Assembly (NCBI GenBank): GCA_965238005.1
Contig: OZ250165.1
Location: 3,968,001 to 4,032,000 of the forward strand
Length of the DNA stretch: 64,000 nt
Reading direction: 5' to 3'
From: Longimicrobiales bacterium
Lineage (GTDB): Bacteria; Gemmatimonadota; Gemmatimonadetes; Longimicrobiales; Gaopeijiaceae
Shown here one piece after another: positions 18,751 to 28,603 of this stretch. The position numbers and the translations under genes were made by a program. Under the pieces are notes generated by a model. That model did no database searches. It saw only the letters and a list, made by a program, of their open reading frames with translations, and was not told the DNA's origin. Position 1 is the stretch's first letter. Each line of letters starts with the position of its first letter.

Positions 18751-20004
18751 GTGGACATCGCGCAGTTAAGGAGCAAGAGCGTTGAAGACCTCCACGATTT
18801 GGCGGAGGAGCTCAACATCTCCAACTACTCAGGGCTCCGCAAGCAAGACCTTATCTTCCGCATCGAGCAGAATCTCCTCGACAACGAGGTGGTTCTCCGG
18901 GGGGAGGGGGTGCTGGAGATCTTGGCGGAGGGATACGGCTTCCTACGCTCTCAAGACTGGAACTATCTGTACGGGCCAGACGACATCTACGTCAGTCCCT
19001 CGCAGATCAAGCGCTTCGACCTCAGGACCGGGGACACCATCCTGGGTCAGGTACGGCCTCCCAAGGAAGGGGAGCGCTACCTCGCCCTGCTGAAGGTCGA
19101 GAGCGTCAACGGCGACGACCCCGACAACGCCAAGCTGCGGATCGCCTTCGACAACCTCCGGCCCCGTTATCCCGAGGACCGAATGACCCTCGAGGTTCCC
19201 GATTCGGACCTTTCCATGAGGGTCATGGACCTGGTAGCGCCGGTGGGAATGGGGCAGCGCGGACTCATCGTCTCGCCGCCCAAGGCCGGTAAGACGATGC
19301 TCCTCCAGAAGATCGCCAACTCCATCACGGCGAACCATCCGGACGTGCACCTCATCGTCCTGCTCATCGACGAACGGCCCGAGGAAGTGACGGATATGGA
19401 GGAGCACGTCGACGGCGAGGTCATCTCCTCCACGTTCGACGAGCCCGCGGATCGCCACGCACAGGTGGCCGAGATGGTGCTGGAGAAGGCGAAGCGGCTC
19501 GTGGAGCACGGAAGGAACGTGGTCGTCCTCCTCGACTCCATCACGCGACTGGCCCGGGCGTACAACGTGACCGTGCCGCACTCGGGGAAGATCCTTTCCG
19601 GCGGTGTCGATGCCAACGCCCTGCACAAGCCCAAGCGCTTCTTTGGGGCTGCCAGGAACATCGACGGCGGGGGATCCTTCACGATCATCGCTACCGCCCT
19701 GGTGGAGACCGGAAGCCGCATGGACGAGGTCATCTTCGAGGAGTTCAAGGGGACCGGGAACATGGAGTTGATCCTGGACCGCCACATCTCCGACAAGAGG
19801 ATCTTCCCGGCCATCGACATCAACCGATCCGGGACCCGGAAGGAGGAGCTCCTCCTCTCGCCCAACGAGCTGAACCGGGTATACCTCCTCCGCAACTTCC
19901 TCTCCGACATGCCCCCCACCGAGGCCATCGAATTCCTACTGGACCGCATGCGACGGACCGAGACGAATCAGGAGTTCATGGATTCCATGGCCGCCGGCGA
20001 ATGA
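18751..20004 (+). CDS. rho: Transcription termination factor Rho
   Basis: [35 protein letters not shown] and [11 protein letters not shown]. Confidence 0.99.
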   Translation: MDIAQLRSKSVEDLHDLAEELNISNYSGLRKQDLIFRIEQNLLDNEVVLRGEGVLEILAEGYGFLRSQDWNYLYGPDDIYVSPSQIKRFDLRTGDTILGQVRPPKEGERYLALLKVESVNGDDPDNAKLRIAFDNLRPRYPEDRMTLEVPDSDLSMRVMDLVAPVGMGQRGLIVSPPKAGKTMLLQKIANSITANHPDVHLIVLLIDERPEEVTDMEEHVDGEVISSTFDEPADRHAQVAEMVLEKAKRLVEHGRNVVVLLDSITRLARAYNVTVPHSGKILSGGVDANALHKPKRFFGAARNIDGGGSFTIIATALVETGSRMDEVIFEEFKGTGNMELILDRHISDKRIFPAIDINRSGTRKEELLLSPNELNRVYLLRNFLSDMPPTEAIEFLLDRMRRTETNQEFMDSMAAGE

Positions 20005-20121
20005 TGCATCTGCCGCAGATGCGGCACCCTATGTGCAAGTCAGATCCCTCAGTTCGTCTGTTGAGGTAGGCGGGAACGGTTCCTTCGGTCCCGCGACGGG
20101 ACGACTGAGGGAGGAACCACG

Positions 20122-22101
20122 ATGCGCACTTTTGCACTGGTCCTGGCGCTTCTCGCCGGACTCATGACCGACGGGCCCCAGAGCACACGCTCGCTCGGCG
20201 TGGTCATCGGCACCGTAGCCGACGCCGCGACGGCCACGCCACTGTGGGGCGTCCAGATCTACGCGGACGGCCTCATGGCGAGCACTCTCACCGCCAGGGA
20301 CGGAGGCTACCTGCTCAGGCTCCCCGCCGCGGCCACGGGTGAGGTGACGATCCGGGCCGAGCTCATCGGATACAGTTCGATGACCAAGCAGGTGAGCTTG
20401 GGCGCCGACTCGGTTCGAGTGGACTTCGCTCTCGAGTCGACGAGCCGGCAGGACCGCGTCGCCCCGACGATGGACGAATCGGCCGTGCGGAGGAGCCGTG
20501 GGGAGGATGCCGTGGTGGTCCTGTCGCAGGCTGCGGAAGCCGCTCGGAAAGCCGTGGCGACCCCGTCGGCAACCCGAGCCGTAGCGGACCAGGCAAGGCT
20601 CCTGTCGCGCCGCGAATTCGACCGCTCCGCCTATGACCTTCGAGGACGTTACAACCCGCACTTCGAGCGCGAGGGCTACGAGCGGATCTACGAGAACGAG
20701 TTCCGGGCCGTGGGGTCGAATCCCCTCTCGACCTTCGGCATCGACGTGGACCGGGCCTCCTACGCCAACGTCCGCCGCTTCATCCGCGAAGGACGGCTTC
20801 CCCCGGCCGACGCCGTTCGAATCGAAGAGCTGATCAACTACTTCACCTACGACTTTGCCGCCCCCGAGGGGCCGGATCCCTTCTCGGTCCGCACCGAAGT
20901 GGCACCTGCGCCGTGGAACCCTCTCCACCATCTGGTCCGCATCGGAATTCAGGGCCGGAAGATCGACACGGAGGACCTTCCGGCCACCAACCTCGTGTTC
21001 CTGCTCGACGTGTCGGGCTCCATGAGGCCGGCCAACAAGCTGCCCCTCCTCAAATCCGCGCTCCGGCTCCTCGTGGACCAGGTACGCCCAGAGGACCGGA
21101 TCGCCATCGTGGTGTACGCCGGAGCGGCCGGCCTGGTGCTGGAGCCGACCCCGGGCAGCGAGAAGGGGCTTATCCTGGCCGCGCTCGATCGCCTGGAGGC
21201 GGGTGGGTCCACGGCCGGAGGAGCCGGCCTCCAACTGGCCTACGACGTTGCACGGCGATATCACGTCGAGGGCGGCAACAACCGGATCATCCTCGCCACC
21301 GACGGCGACTTCAACGTCGGGGCTTCCAGCGACGCGGAGATGGTTCGCCTCATCGAGGAGCGGCGTGAGGAAGGAACGTTCCTGACGGTCCTCGGCTTCG
21401 GCACGGGGAACCTACAGGACGCGAAGATGGAGAAGCTCGCCGATCACGGGAACGGCAACTTCGCCTACATCGACACCGTGCTCGAGGCCCGGAAGGTCTT
21501 GGTGAGCGAGTTCGGCGGCACCCTGCACACCATCGCGAAGGACGTGAAGGTCCAGGTGGAGTTGAATCCCACACGGGTTCGTGCGTACCGGCTCATCGGG
21601 TACGAAAACCGCGTGCTGGCGGCCGAAGACTTCAGCGACGACACCAAAGACGCCGGCGACCTCGGTGCCGGGCATACCGTGACCGCGCTCTACGAGGTGA
21701 TCCCGGCGGGCGTGGCGAGTGCGACGCCGGTCCGGGGCCTGGACGACCTGCGATACCAGTCTACCGAGGTTCGGATCGAGGCGTCGAGCCCCGAGCTGAT
21801 GTTCGTGAAGCTGCGCTACAAGGATCCCGATGGGAAGCGGAGCCGGCTCCTCACGCACAGCGTGATGGACGGCACGACCATCCCGTCCTCGGACTTCACG
21901 TTCGCCGCCTCGGTGGCCGCCTTCGCGGTGGTCCTCCGGGACTCCAGGTACTGCGGCGCGACCGACCTGGAGGAAGTCCTCCGGTGGGCGCGGAGCTCGG
22001 TCGGAGCCGACCGGGAGGGATACCGGCGAGAGTTCCTACAGTTGGTCCGGGAGGCCCACAGGCTGTCAGCGGCGGACGAGTCCGACGGAGGGCCGAGCTG
22101 A
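20122..22101 (+). CDS. Secreted vWA-domain protein (YfbK-like)
   Basis: Signal peptide, carboxypeptidase-regulatory-like N-domain, STFGIDVDRASY, MIDAS DVSGSM, TDGDFNVG and YRLIGYENR. Confidence 0.92.
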   Translation: MRTFALVLALLAGLMTDGPQSTRSLGVVIGTVADAATATPLWGVQIYADGLMASTLTARDGGYLLRLPAAATGEVTIRAELIGYSSMTKQVSLGADSVRVDFALESTSRQDRVAPTMDESAVRRSRGEDAVVVLSQAAEAARKAVATPSATRAVADQARLLSRREFDRSAYDLRGRYNPHFEREGYERIYENEFRAVGSNPLSTFGIDVDRASYANVRRFIREGRLPPADAVRIEELINYFTYDFAAPEGPDPFSVRTEVAPAPWNPLHHLVRIGIQGRKIDTEDLPATNLVFLLDVSGSMRPANKLPLLKSALRLLVDQVRPEDRIAIVVYAGAAGLVLEPTPGSEKGLILAALDRLEAGGSTAGGAGLQLAYDVARRYHVEGGNNRIILATDGDFNVGASSDAEMVRLIEERREEGTFLTVLGFGTGNLQDAKMEKLADHGNGNFAYIDTVLEARKVLVSEFGGTLHTIAKDVKVQVELNPTRVRAYRLIGYENRVLAAEDFSDDTKDAGDLGAGHTVTALYEVIPAGVASATPVRGLDDLRYQSTEVRIEASSPELMFVKLRYKDPDGKRSRLLTHSVMDGTTIPSSDFTFAASVAAFAVVLRDSRYCGATDLEEVLRWARSSVGADREGYRREFLQLVREAHRLSAADESDGGPS

Positions 22102-22111
22102 GGGGTGCGCG

Positions 22112-22654
22112 CTACTCGTCTACGGCGCCTTCGTAGCGCGGGTTCACCACCAGACGATCCCCCTCGAACACCTTCCGGTCCCACGGGAAGATGATGGTGG
22201 CGTCGGTCTCGAGGGCGAAGTAGTCCGCCTTGTAACCCTTCGTGCGAGCGAAGCTCGTGGCGGTTCGCACCTCGGAGGGATCGACGTCCCGGACGGCCGC
22301 CAGGGCGAGGCGGAGTGTGTCGCCCGATGTGGCGATCTCATCCACCAGGAGCACTCGCTTCCCCCGTGCCTGGACCGGCGCCGCCGACAGGACGGCGGGG
22401 CGCTCCAGGCTCTGCTCGTCTCCTGGTTTGCGCGAGATCTTCATGGAGTAGAAGTCCACGCGAAGGATCGACGCCACGATGGCTGCAGGGATGGCGCCTG
22501 TACGGGCGATCCCCACGACGACGTCGGGGTGATAGTCCCGGGCCACACGGAAGGCGAGAGCCCGACAGAGCTCACCGAACATCTCCCAGGACAGCTCGAG
22601 GTACTCGTCGGTGCCGCGATAGTTGGGAGCCGGCGTTGGCTGCATCTGATGCAT
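22112..22654 (-). CDS. Type I phosphoribosyltransferase
   Basis: VVGIARTG, VLLVDEIATSGDTL PRPP-binding motif and IIFPW; start uncertain (22645-22672). Confidence 0.88.
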   Translation of the reverse strand: MHQMQPTPAPNYRGTDEYLELSWEMFGELCRALAFRVARDYHPDVVVGIARTGAIPAAIVASILRVDFYSMKISRKPGDEQSLERPAVLSAAPVQARGKRVLLVDEIATSGDTLRLALAAVRDVDPSEVRTATSFARTKGYKADYFALETDATIIFPWDRKVFEGDRLVVNPRYEGAVDE

Positions 22655-22783
22655 GGGCTGTGCTCCTGGCACTGGAAGGGAATGATTAAGTTAGAGGTGT
22701 GGGAATGGCACATCAATGCTTCGGTTGACCGGCTTTCCGGGGAGCGCCATCGTAAAGGCCACGCCACTCAACACCGGTGCGAC

Positions 22784-23230
22784 ATGGACGAGGCGCAGCA
22801 GAGCCGAGCGGACGATCTCTTCGAAGAGACGCTGAAGCGATCGAGCGCCAAGGACCCCCGAGAGTTCTACCGGGAGCGCCTGCGGGAGATGAAGGCCACG
22901 GACCCCGACGCATACCGCGAGGCCGTCGAATACTACCAGGAGGAGCTGATCCCCTCCATCGCGGAGAAGGGGGCCGATCCTCTGTCGGCCTGGCAGGAGT
23001 ACGGGTGCCGCCTCGCCGAGCTAAGCTGTCCTGGCAAGCCGGTGGAGGTGGACGTAACCGGACAGGCCCACCGATACCAGCCGCCGACTCCTCAGGACCG
23101 TATGATCCTTCACCTCCCGAAGGGTAGCAAGGGTCGAGCGCTGGTGGTGGGTCTGCCAGCGGAGTTGTCATCCGCCCAGCGGGCCACGTACGAGCTACTC
23201 GTCGCGGGACGCCAGCGGTTACGTGAGTAG
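22784..23230 (+). CDS. Hypothetical protein (148 aa)
   Basis: MDEAQQSRADDLFEETL...; coding-like, no recognised family. Confidence 0.75.
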   Translation: MDEAQQSRADDLFEETLKRSSAKDPREFYRERLREMKATDPDAYREAVEYYQEELIPSIAEKGADPLSAWQEYGCRLAELSCPGKPVEVDVTGQAHRYQPPTPQDRMILHLPKGSKGRALVVGLPAELSSAQRATYELLVAGRQRLRE

Positions 23231-23252
23231 TCGTGTGAGTAAAGGAGAACCG

Positions 23253-23537
23253 ATGCCGCATGAAAGACGAGTGAGGACGCCCATCAACATGGTTTGGGCT
23301 CCACGTCCGGGTTGGGCTACCGTCCGGCTCGTGGGTACGTGTGCTGACCGGACCCTACGCCGCGGTCAGATCGTTCTCCACACGCCCAGCGACGAGTACG
23401 ACATACCGGGCCAGGATGAAGGACTGTCGCCCGGCACGCTGGTGATCATCCTCCACGAGGCGGCACGGCTCGTGGAAGACGATCTGCATCTGGTCCCCGA
23501 GCACGCCGTCGTGGCCATCGGCGAGCCGTTGCCCTAG
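23253..23537 (+). CDS. Small hypothetical protein, possible divergent GroES/Cpn10 fold
   Basis: AAAGGAG RBS; PRPGWATVR...RRGQIV...LSPGTLVII...LHLVPEHAVVAI parallels the GroES strands. Confidence 0.6.
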   Translation: MPHERRVRTPINMVWAPRPGWATVRLVGTCADRTLRRGQIVLHTPSDEYDIPGQDEGLSPGTLVIILHEAARLVEDDLHLVPEHAVVAIGEPLP

Positions 23538-23564
23538 TGTGGTGTCCACACTAGCCAGACGGGG

Positions 23565-25388
23565 CTACTCGGCCGGATCCTCCACCAGGTAGGCCACTCC
23601 CCACGCTCCTGTCCCCAGGTGCGTTGAGATTACCGGGGTAGCCGGTGCGCTCAGGATCTCCACGTCTCCGTACCTCTCGATCAGCCTCTCCCGAACGTCG
23701 GGGACGATGTCGGGAGCCCCCACGTGTACGATGCCGAAGCGGACCTTCTCGGGCTCCGCCCCCATGTCCTCGGCCATGACGTCCAGGAGTGCAGTCATGA
23801 CCCGCTTGCGTCCGATGGCCTTCCCTTTCGGGAGCACCTTGCCCGCGCGGTCCAGGCCGAGAATAGGCTTCACGTTCAGAAGCGTCCCGAGGAGGGCCCT
23901 CCCCGTCCCCACCCGTCCCGATGCCAACAGCCGGTCGAAGCTCTCCACCGTGAAGAGGATGCCGGATTGCGCCCGGATACGATCGAGCTCAGCGACGATC
24001 TCGTCGGGCCCCTGGCCCGTCTCGGCCAGCTCCGTCGCCTTCAGCACGAGGAGCCCTTGCAGTAGGGAGGCTCCCAGAGAGTCCATGAGCCGGACCGCCA
24101 GGGCGTCCTCCATGGAGATCGCCGCCTCCGCGGACGTGAACGTTCCCGAGAGGCTCGAGCCCAGGATCACGCCCACCACCTGCTCGGCGTCCTCGGCGGC
24201 CCTCTTGAACCCCTCCAGGAACGCACCCGGCGGCGGCTGCGAGGTGGTCGGCAGAGCCTCCTGCATGGAGAGCATCTCGTGAAACTGCTCTGCCGTCACA
24301 TCGACACCATCCCGGTAGACCCTATCCCCCGCCACGAGCATGAGGGGGACCACCTGGATGCCGTGAGCCCGGATGATTTCCTCGGGAAGGTCCGCGGCGC
24401 TGTCGGTGACGATCCCAACCGGACGGCGAGTCAGGGAAAGATGTGACGTGGCAGAGCGCCCCACAGCAGCGTGCTGGGCCTTCATGTCCTCCGCCTTGTG
24501 GGTCACCAGGTTGCCCAGCCCCTTCAGGTAGGCGAACACGTCCTGGGGGTCGTCCGTGTGGATGTGCAGCTTGAGGACGTCGCCGGAGCGGATCACGATC
24601 AACGAGTTGCCGCGTCCGCGCAGCCGCTCGCGCACCTCCAGCTGCGTGGGCAGGCGGCTCCCACGTACGAGGGCTTCGGTGCAGAAGCGGTACCGCTCTT
24701 CCCGATCAGGGTACTCCACCATGGCCACGGCGGGGAGGCTGGCCGCGAAATCGCCGGTGGCCTTGGCCGTCAGCGGATCTCCATGGAGGAAGAGAACCAC
24801 ACCCTCCAGAAGGCTCACGAATCCCTTGGCGCCTGCGTCCACCACGCCGGCGGACTTGAGCACTGGAAGGAGCTCGGGGGTCCGCGCCAGGGAGTGCTGG
24901 GCCTTTTCCAGCATGTGCTCCACCAGTGGAGCGATATCGGCCATGTGAGCCCGGGAGACGGCTTCGGCCGTCTCGCGCATGACGGTGAGTATGGTTCCCT
25001 CCACCGGTTGTTCCATGGCCGAATACAGATTCTCCACCCCGGCCGAGAGCGCGATACCGAACTCTCCCGCATCGACGCGCTGGCGATGCTCCAGTCCACC
25101 GGCGAAACCGAGAAGGAAGTGGGACAGCATCATACCGCAGTTGCCGCGGGCACCCAGAATCGCGGCCTCTGCTGCCTCCTGAGCTACGATGCCTACGGCA
25201 CGGTGCGTGCTCCGCTCCAGATAGTCCGCGATGGCCTGAACCGTGAGAGTGAGGTTGGTTCCCGTATCTCCATCCGGAACCGGAAAGACGTTGATTCGGT
25301 TGAGCTCACCGCGCTGTTGCTGTGCCCATTGGCACGCCGCCACGAGCGCCCTTCGCAGGCGTGGACCATCGATGTAGCCGATCTGCAT
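23565..25388 (-). CDS. DAK2-domain (FakA-like) / DegV (FakB-like) fusion protein
   Basis: INVFPVPDGDTGTN, GARGNCG, EGTILTV and VDAGAKG, followed by DegV motifs IVTDSAADLP, TTSQP, SSLSGT and GRV. Confidence 0.93.
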   Translation of the reverse strand: MQIGYIDGPRLRRALVAACQWAQQQRGELNRINVFPVPDGDTGTNLTLTVQAIADYLERSTHRAVGIVAQEAAEAAILGARGNCGMMLSHFLLGFAGGLEHRQRVDAGEFGIALSAGVENLYSAMEQPVEGTILTVMRETAEAVSRAHMADIAPLVEHMLEKAQHSLARTPELLPVLKSAGVVDAGAKGFVSLLEGVVLFLHGDPLTAKATGDFAASLPAVAMVEYPDREERYRFCTEALVRGSRLPTQLEVRERLRGRGNSLIVIRSGDVLKLHIHTDDPQDVFAYLKGLGNLVTHKAEDMKAQHAAVGRSATSHLSLTRRPVGIVTDSAADLPEEIIRAHGIQVVPLMLVAGDRVYRDGVDVTAEQFHEMLSMQEALPTTSQPPPGAFLEGFKRAAEDAEQVVGVILGSSLSGTFTSAEAAISMEDALAVRLMDSLGASLLQGLLVLKATELAETGQGPDEIVAELDRIRAQSGILFTVESFDRLLASGRVGTGRALLGTLLNVKPILGLDRAGKVLPKGKAIGRKRVMTALLDVMAEDMGAEPEKVRFGIVHVGAPDIVPDVRERLIERYGDVEILSAPATPVISTHLGTGAWGVAYLVEDPAE

Positions 25389-25537
25389 CGAGCAAAGATC
25401 GAGAGCGCCCTCGACCCGCGCAACGCGGCCCAACGCGGCCCGCCCGAGGAAGCGATGCGTGCGCCGTCCGGAGTCGCCATATTGCTAGATCTTCAAGCAG
25501 CATTCCACGACGCCATGGAAGAGAGGTGGAGCATCCC

Positions 25538-26821
25538 TTGAGCGATTCCTCGACTCACTGGCTCGCGACGCTCGCGCTGCGCGCGGGCCTCGGAGACGCC
25601 ATGAACTCGGGCGTGTCCGATGAGATTCCGGTGGAGAGAGCATGGCCCTGGGTAGCGGACTTCCTCGGGATCACGCAGGAGCAGCTCGCAAAGGGGATCG
25701 GTGAGGCCCTTCGCTTACCCACGGCGGACCTGGCCGACGCGGACCCCTCTGCCCTCGCGTTCCTGCCCAAGGAGGAGGCCGATCGGCTCCGTGTGCTCCC
25801 CATCCGGGCCAGCGACCGCGAGCTGGTCGTGGCGACCTCCGATCCTCTCGACTTCGAGGCGGAGCGTGAAGTGGCTTTTCTCTCCAGCCGCCGCACTGTG
25901 TTCGAGGTGGCACCGCCGGACGAGCTAACGGCGGCCCGGGAGAAAGCCTACAAAAAGGCCACCGCCAGCGCTCGCGAGATTATCGGTGGCGACCAACTCG
26001 CCGAGGCCTACGACCGCGTGCAGGTGGACCCGTCGTTCGAGGGCACCATCCCGTACCACGCCGAGTCGGTTATCAAGGTCGAGCGGCTGATCCTATACGA
26101 GGCGTCCAAGCAGGGGGCAACCGAGGTTCACGTGGCACCCCGGGGTAGCGTAGGGCGTGTACAGTTCGAGCTGGACGGCCAACTCACGACCTTCGTTCGC
26201 GTTCCCCTCAAGATGATGACGGAGGTCGTGGATCGGCTGCGTACCCTAGCAGGCCTTTCGCACAGCGGGACCGAGCGGGAGTCCGGGACGATCCCCCTCC
26301 TCATCGCCGACGCCAAGTATACGCTGTCCGTGCACACCGTCCCCTCCTCCTCCGGGCACCTCGTGCTGGAGCTCGTGGGCGAAGGCGTGCCGGCGCCGGC
26401 CGTACCCAAGAAGCGGGACTGGCAACCTGCCACGACGACCGACGAAGGGCACATCCTCATCGTCGACGACGACGCCGGCGCGCGCATGCTCATGCGCACG
26501 GTCCTGGAGAAGAACGGTTTCAAGGTGACTGAAGCCGACGACGGCAGCACGGCCATTCCCTTCCTCCAGCAGGCCGAGGACATCGACGGAATCCTCCTCG
26601 ACCTGATGATGAAGAGCATGGACGGCCTGGAGACCCTCGAACGTATCCGGAAGTCGATGAAAACGGCCGCGCTGCCGGTGGTGATCCTCACGGGCTCGCC
26701 AAACCCGGAAGACGAAAAGCGCCTCATGAAGGCCGGGGCCGATGACTACCTGCGCAAGCCCGTGGATCCCCTCCAGCTCGTGATCCGGATCAGGTCGGTG
26801 CTCAAGAGGGCCGGCTCCTAA
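25538..26821 (+). CDS. GspE/PilB N-terminal domains fused to a response-regulator receiver domain
   Basis: VLPIRASDRELVVATSDPLD (T2SSE_N); GATEVHVAP...VQFELDG (N2 domain); no Walker A; C-terminal ILIVDDD...LLDLMM...LTG...KP receiver. Start TTG 25538 or GTG 25526. Confidence 0.8.
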   Translation: MSDSSTHWLATLALRAGLGDAMNSGVSDEIPVERAWPWVADFLGITQEQLAKGIGEALRLPTADLADADPSALAFLPKEEADRLRVLPIRASDRELVVATSDPLDFEAEREVAFLSSRRTVFEVAPPDELTAAREKAYKKATASAREIIGGDQLAEAYDRVQVDPSFEGTIPYHAESVIKVERLILYEASKQGATEVHVAPRGSVGRVQFELDGQLTTFVRVPLKMMTEVVDRLRTLAGLSHSGTERESGTIPLLIADAKYTLSVHTVPSSSGHLVLELVGEGVPAPAVPKKRDWQPATTTDEGHILIVDDDAGARMLMRTVLEKNGFKVTEADDGSTAIPFLQQAEDIDGILLDLMMKSMDGLETLERIRKSMKTAALPVVILTGSPNPEDEKRLMKAGADDYLRKPVDPLQLVIRIRSVLKRAGS

Positions 26822-28487
26822 TCCGATCTCGCCGGCGCTCTTCGGGCGGGACACCGGTCACTCCGGCAAAGGGGATCCCCGTGAGCTCGGCCACGTTCCT
26901 CTTCCACGTGGTGAGGTCGCCCAGGCTCATCTCCGAGAGATGGCTCTTCCCGCACGCCCGGGCCAAGACCTTAATGAGCTCGGTGGAGGCCGTAAAGTAA
27001 TTGGCGAGCCGCTTCGCGGACTCCTCCACGATGAGCCGTGCCCTCAGATCCTTCCTCTGCGTGGCGATGCCCACCGGGCAGTTGTTGGTGTGGCAGGCTC
27101 GCATCCCGAGGCACCCGATGGCCTGGATCGCCGCGTTGGCCACGGCCACGGCGTCGGCGCCCAGAGCCAGAGCCTTGATAAAGTCCGACTCGGTCCGAAG
27201 CCCCCCCGTTATGATGAGCGTCACATCGCCGGCGCCCACCGAGTCCAGGTGCCGCCGAGCGCGGGCCACGGCCACCATGGTGGGAACCGAAATGTTGTTC
27301 TTGAAGATCTCCGGAGCGGCTCCCGTGGCACCCCCCCGGCCGTCGAGAATGACGTAGTCGATGCCGACCTCCAAGGCGAAGTCCAGGTCGGCCTCGATGT
27401 GCTGCGCGGACATCTTGAAGCCGATGGGAATCCCGCCCGTGCGCTCCCGGATCTGATCCGCCAGCTCGCGGAAGTCGGCCGGGGTCGCGAGGTCGGGAAA
27501 GCGTGGCGGAGAGATGGCGGGCTTGCCCTCCTCCAGGCCTCGCACCTCGGCGATCTTGCCGACCACCTTGTGCCCGGGCAGGTGGCCCCCGGTTCCGGTC
27601 TTGGCTCCCTGCCCTCCCTTGAAGTGGAAGGCCTGAGCCGAGCACGCCATGTCCAGGCTCCACCCGAAGCGAGCCGAGGCCAGCTCGTAGAAGTACCGGG
27701 AGTTGGCCGCCTGCTCCTCGGGAAGCATCCCGCCCTCGCCGGAGCAGATCCCGGTGCCCGCCATCTCGGCTCCGGTGGCCAGCGCCACCTTGGCCTCCTC
27801 CGAGAGCGCCCCGAAGCTCATGTCGCTCACGAACATGGGCAGCTCGAGGCGGAGGGGCCGGCCGGCCTTGGGGCCGATAACCACGTCCGTGCCCACCCGA
27901 TCCTCGTCAGCCAGCGGCCGGGTGGCCAGCTGTGCCGTCAGGATCTGAACGTCGTCCCAGCGCGGAAGCTCGGTGAGAGGAACTCCCATGGCGGAGACGA
28001 CCCCGTGGTGGCCCACGCCCTCGATACCGCCCTTGGCCAACCTCTGGATGTAACCGTTGTGGGGCTCGGCGGGCGTGCCGTGAACGTCGGCGTACAGACC
28101 GAGGTACTCGTTGCGACGGTAGGGCTGGGGGTGCTCCTCCTCCCACTCCCGGAACTCGTCGGCGTCCACGAACACGGCGTCTTCCAGGGCGTCGATCCAC
28201 GAGGTGAACTTGTGGAGCACCTCCTCGTTGCTGTACTCGCTCACACCCGTGTCGTACCGGTAGTCCCAGTTGTGCACTCCACAGATGAGGCTCTCTCCAC
28301 GGATGCTCCCGTCCGCCAGTAGTGCGCCCCGGTGGAGGCAGCGACCGTACAGCACCGAGACCTTGTCGTCGTAGCGGACGACGACCAGGTCGACGTTCCC
28401 CACGAGGGCGTAGGTGGGCTTTCGGTCCTCGAGCTCATTCCAGTTGGCAACTTTGACTCTCTGGGCACTGACGGTGGGAAGGTTCAT
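26802..28487 (-). CDS. Rieske [2Fe-2S] plus FMN-binding glutamate synthase family protein
   Basis: CLH...CGVH Rieske motif; SDMSFGALS, GEGG, KGGQGAKTGTGGHLP and CLGMRACHTNNCPVGIATQ. Confidence 0.92.
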   Translation of the reverse strand: MNLPTVSAQRVKVANWNELEDRKPTYALVGNVDLVVVRYDDKVSVLYGRCLHRGALLADGSIRGESLICGVHNWDYRYDTGVSEYSNEEVLHKFTSWIDALEDAVFVDADEFREWEEEHPQPYRRNEYLGLYADVHGTPAEPHNGYIQRLAKGGIEGVGHHGVVSAMGVPLTELPRWDDVQILTAQLATRPLADEDRVGTDVVIGPKAGRPLRLELPMFVSDMSFGALSEEAKVALATGAEMAGTGICSGEGGMLPEEQAANSRYFYELASARFGWSLDMACSAQAFHFKGGQGAKTGTGGHLPGHKVVGKIAEVRGLEEGKPAISPPRFPDLATPADFRELADQIRERTGGIPIGFKMSAQHIEADLDFALEVGIDYVILDGRGGATGAAPEIFKNNISVPTMVAVARARRHLDSVGAGDVTLIITGGLRTESDFIKALALGADAVAVANAAIQAIGCLGMRACHTNNCPVGIATQRKDLRARLIVEESAKRLANYFTASTELIKVLARACGKSHLSEMSLGDLTTWKRNVAELTGIPFAGVTGVPPEERRRDRIRSRPS

Positions 28488-28603
28488 CTCGGGCTGTCTC
28501 CAGGCTGGACGCGTCGGTGAATACAGGAATCCGAAGATACTCAACTCCACGTCACTGGACCTGTGGACGGCTTTGGCGTATCAGCCCGCCGCTCTCCTCT
28601 CTT

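Noticed and set aside
20006..20022. Intrinsic terminator after rho
   Set aside because: Short hairpin with a minimal loop and no U-tract; insufficient support.
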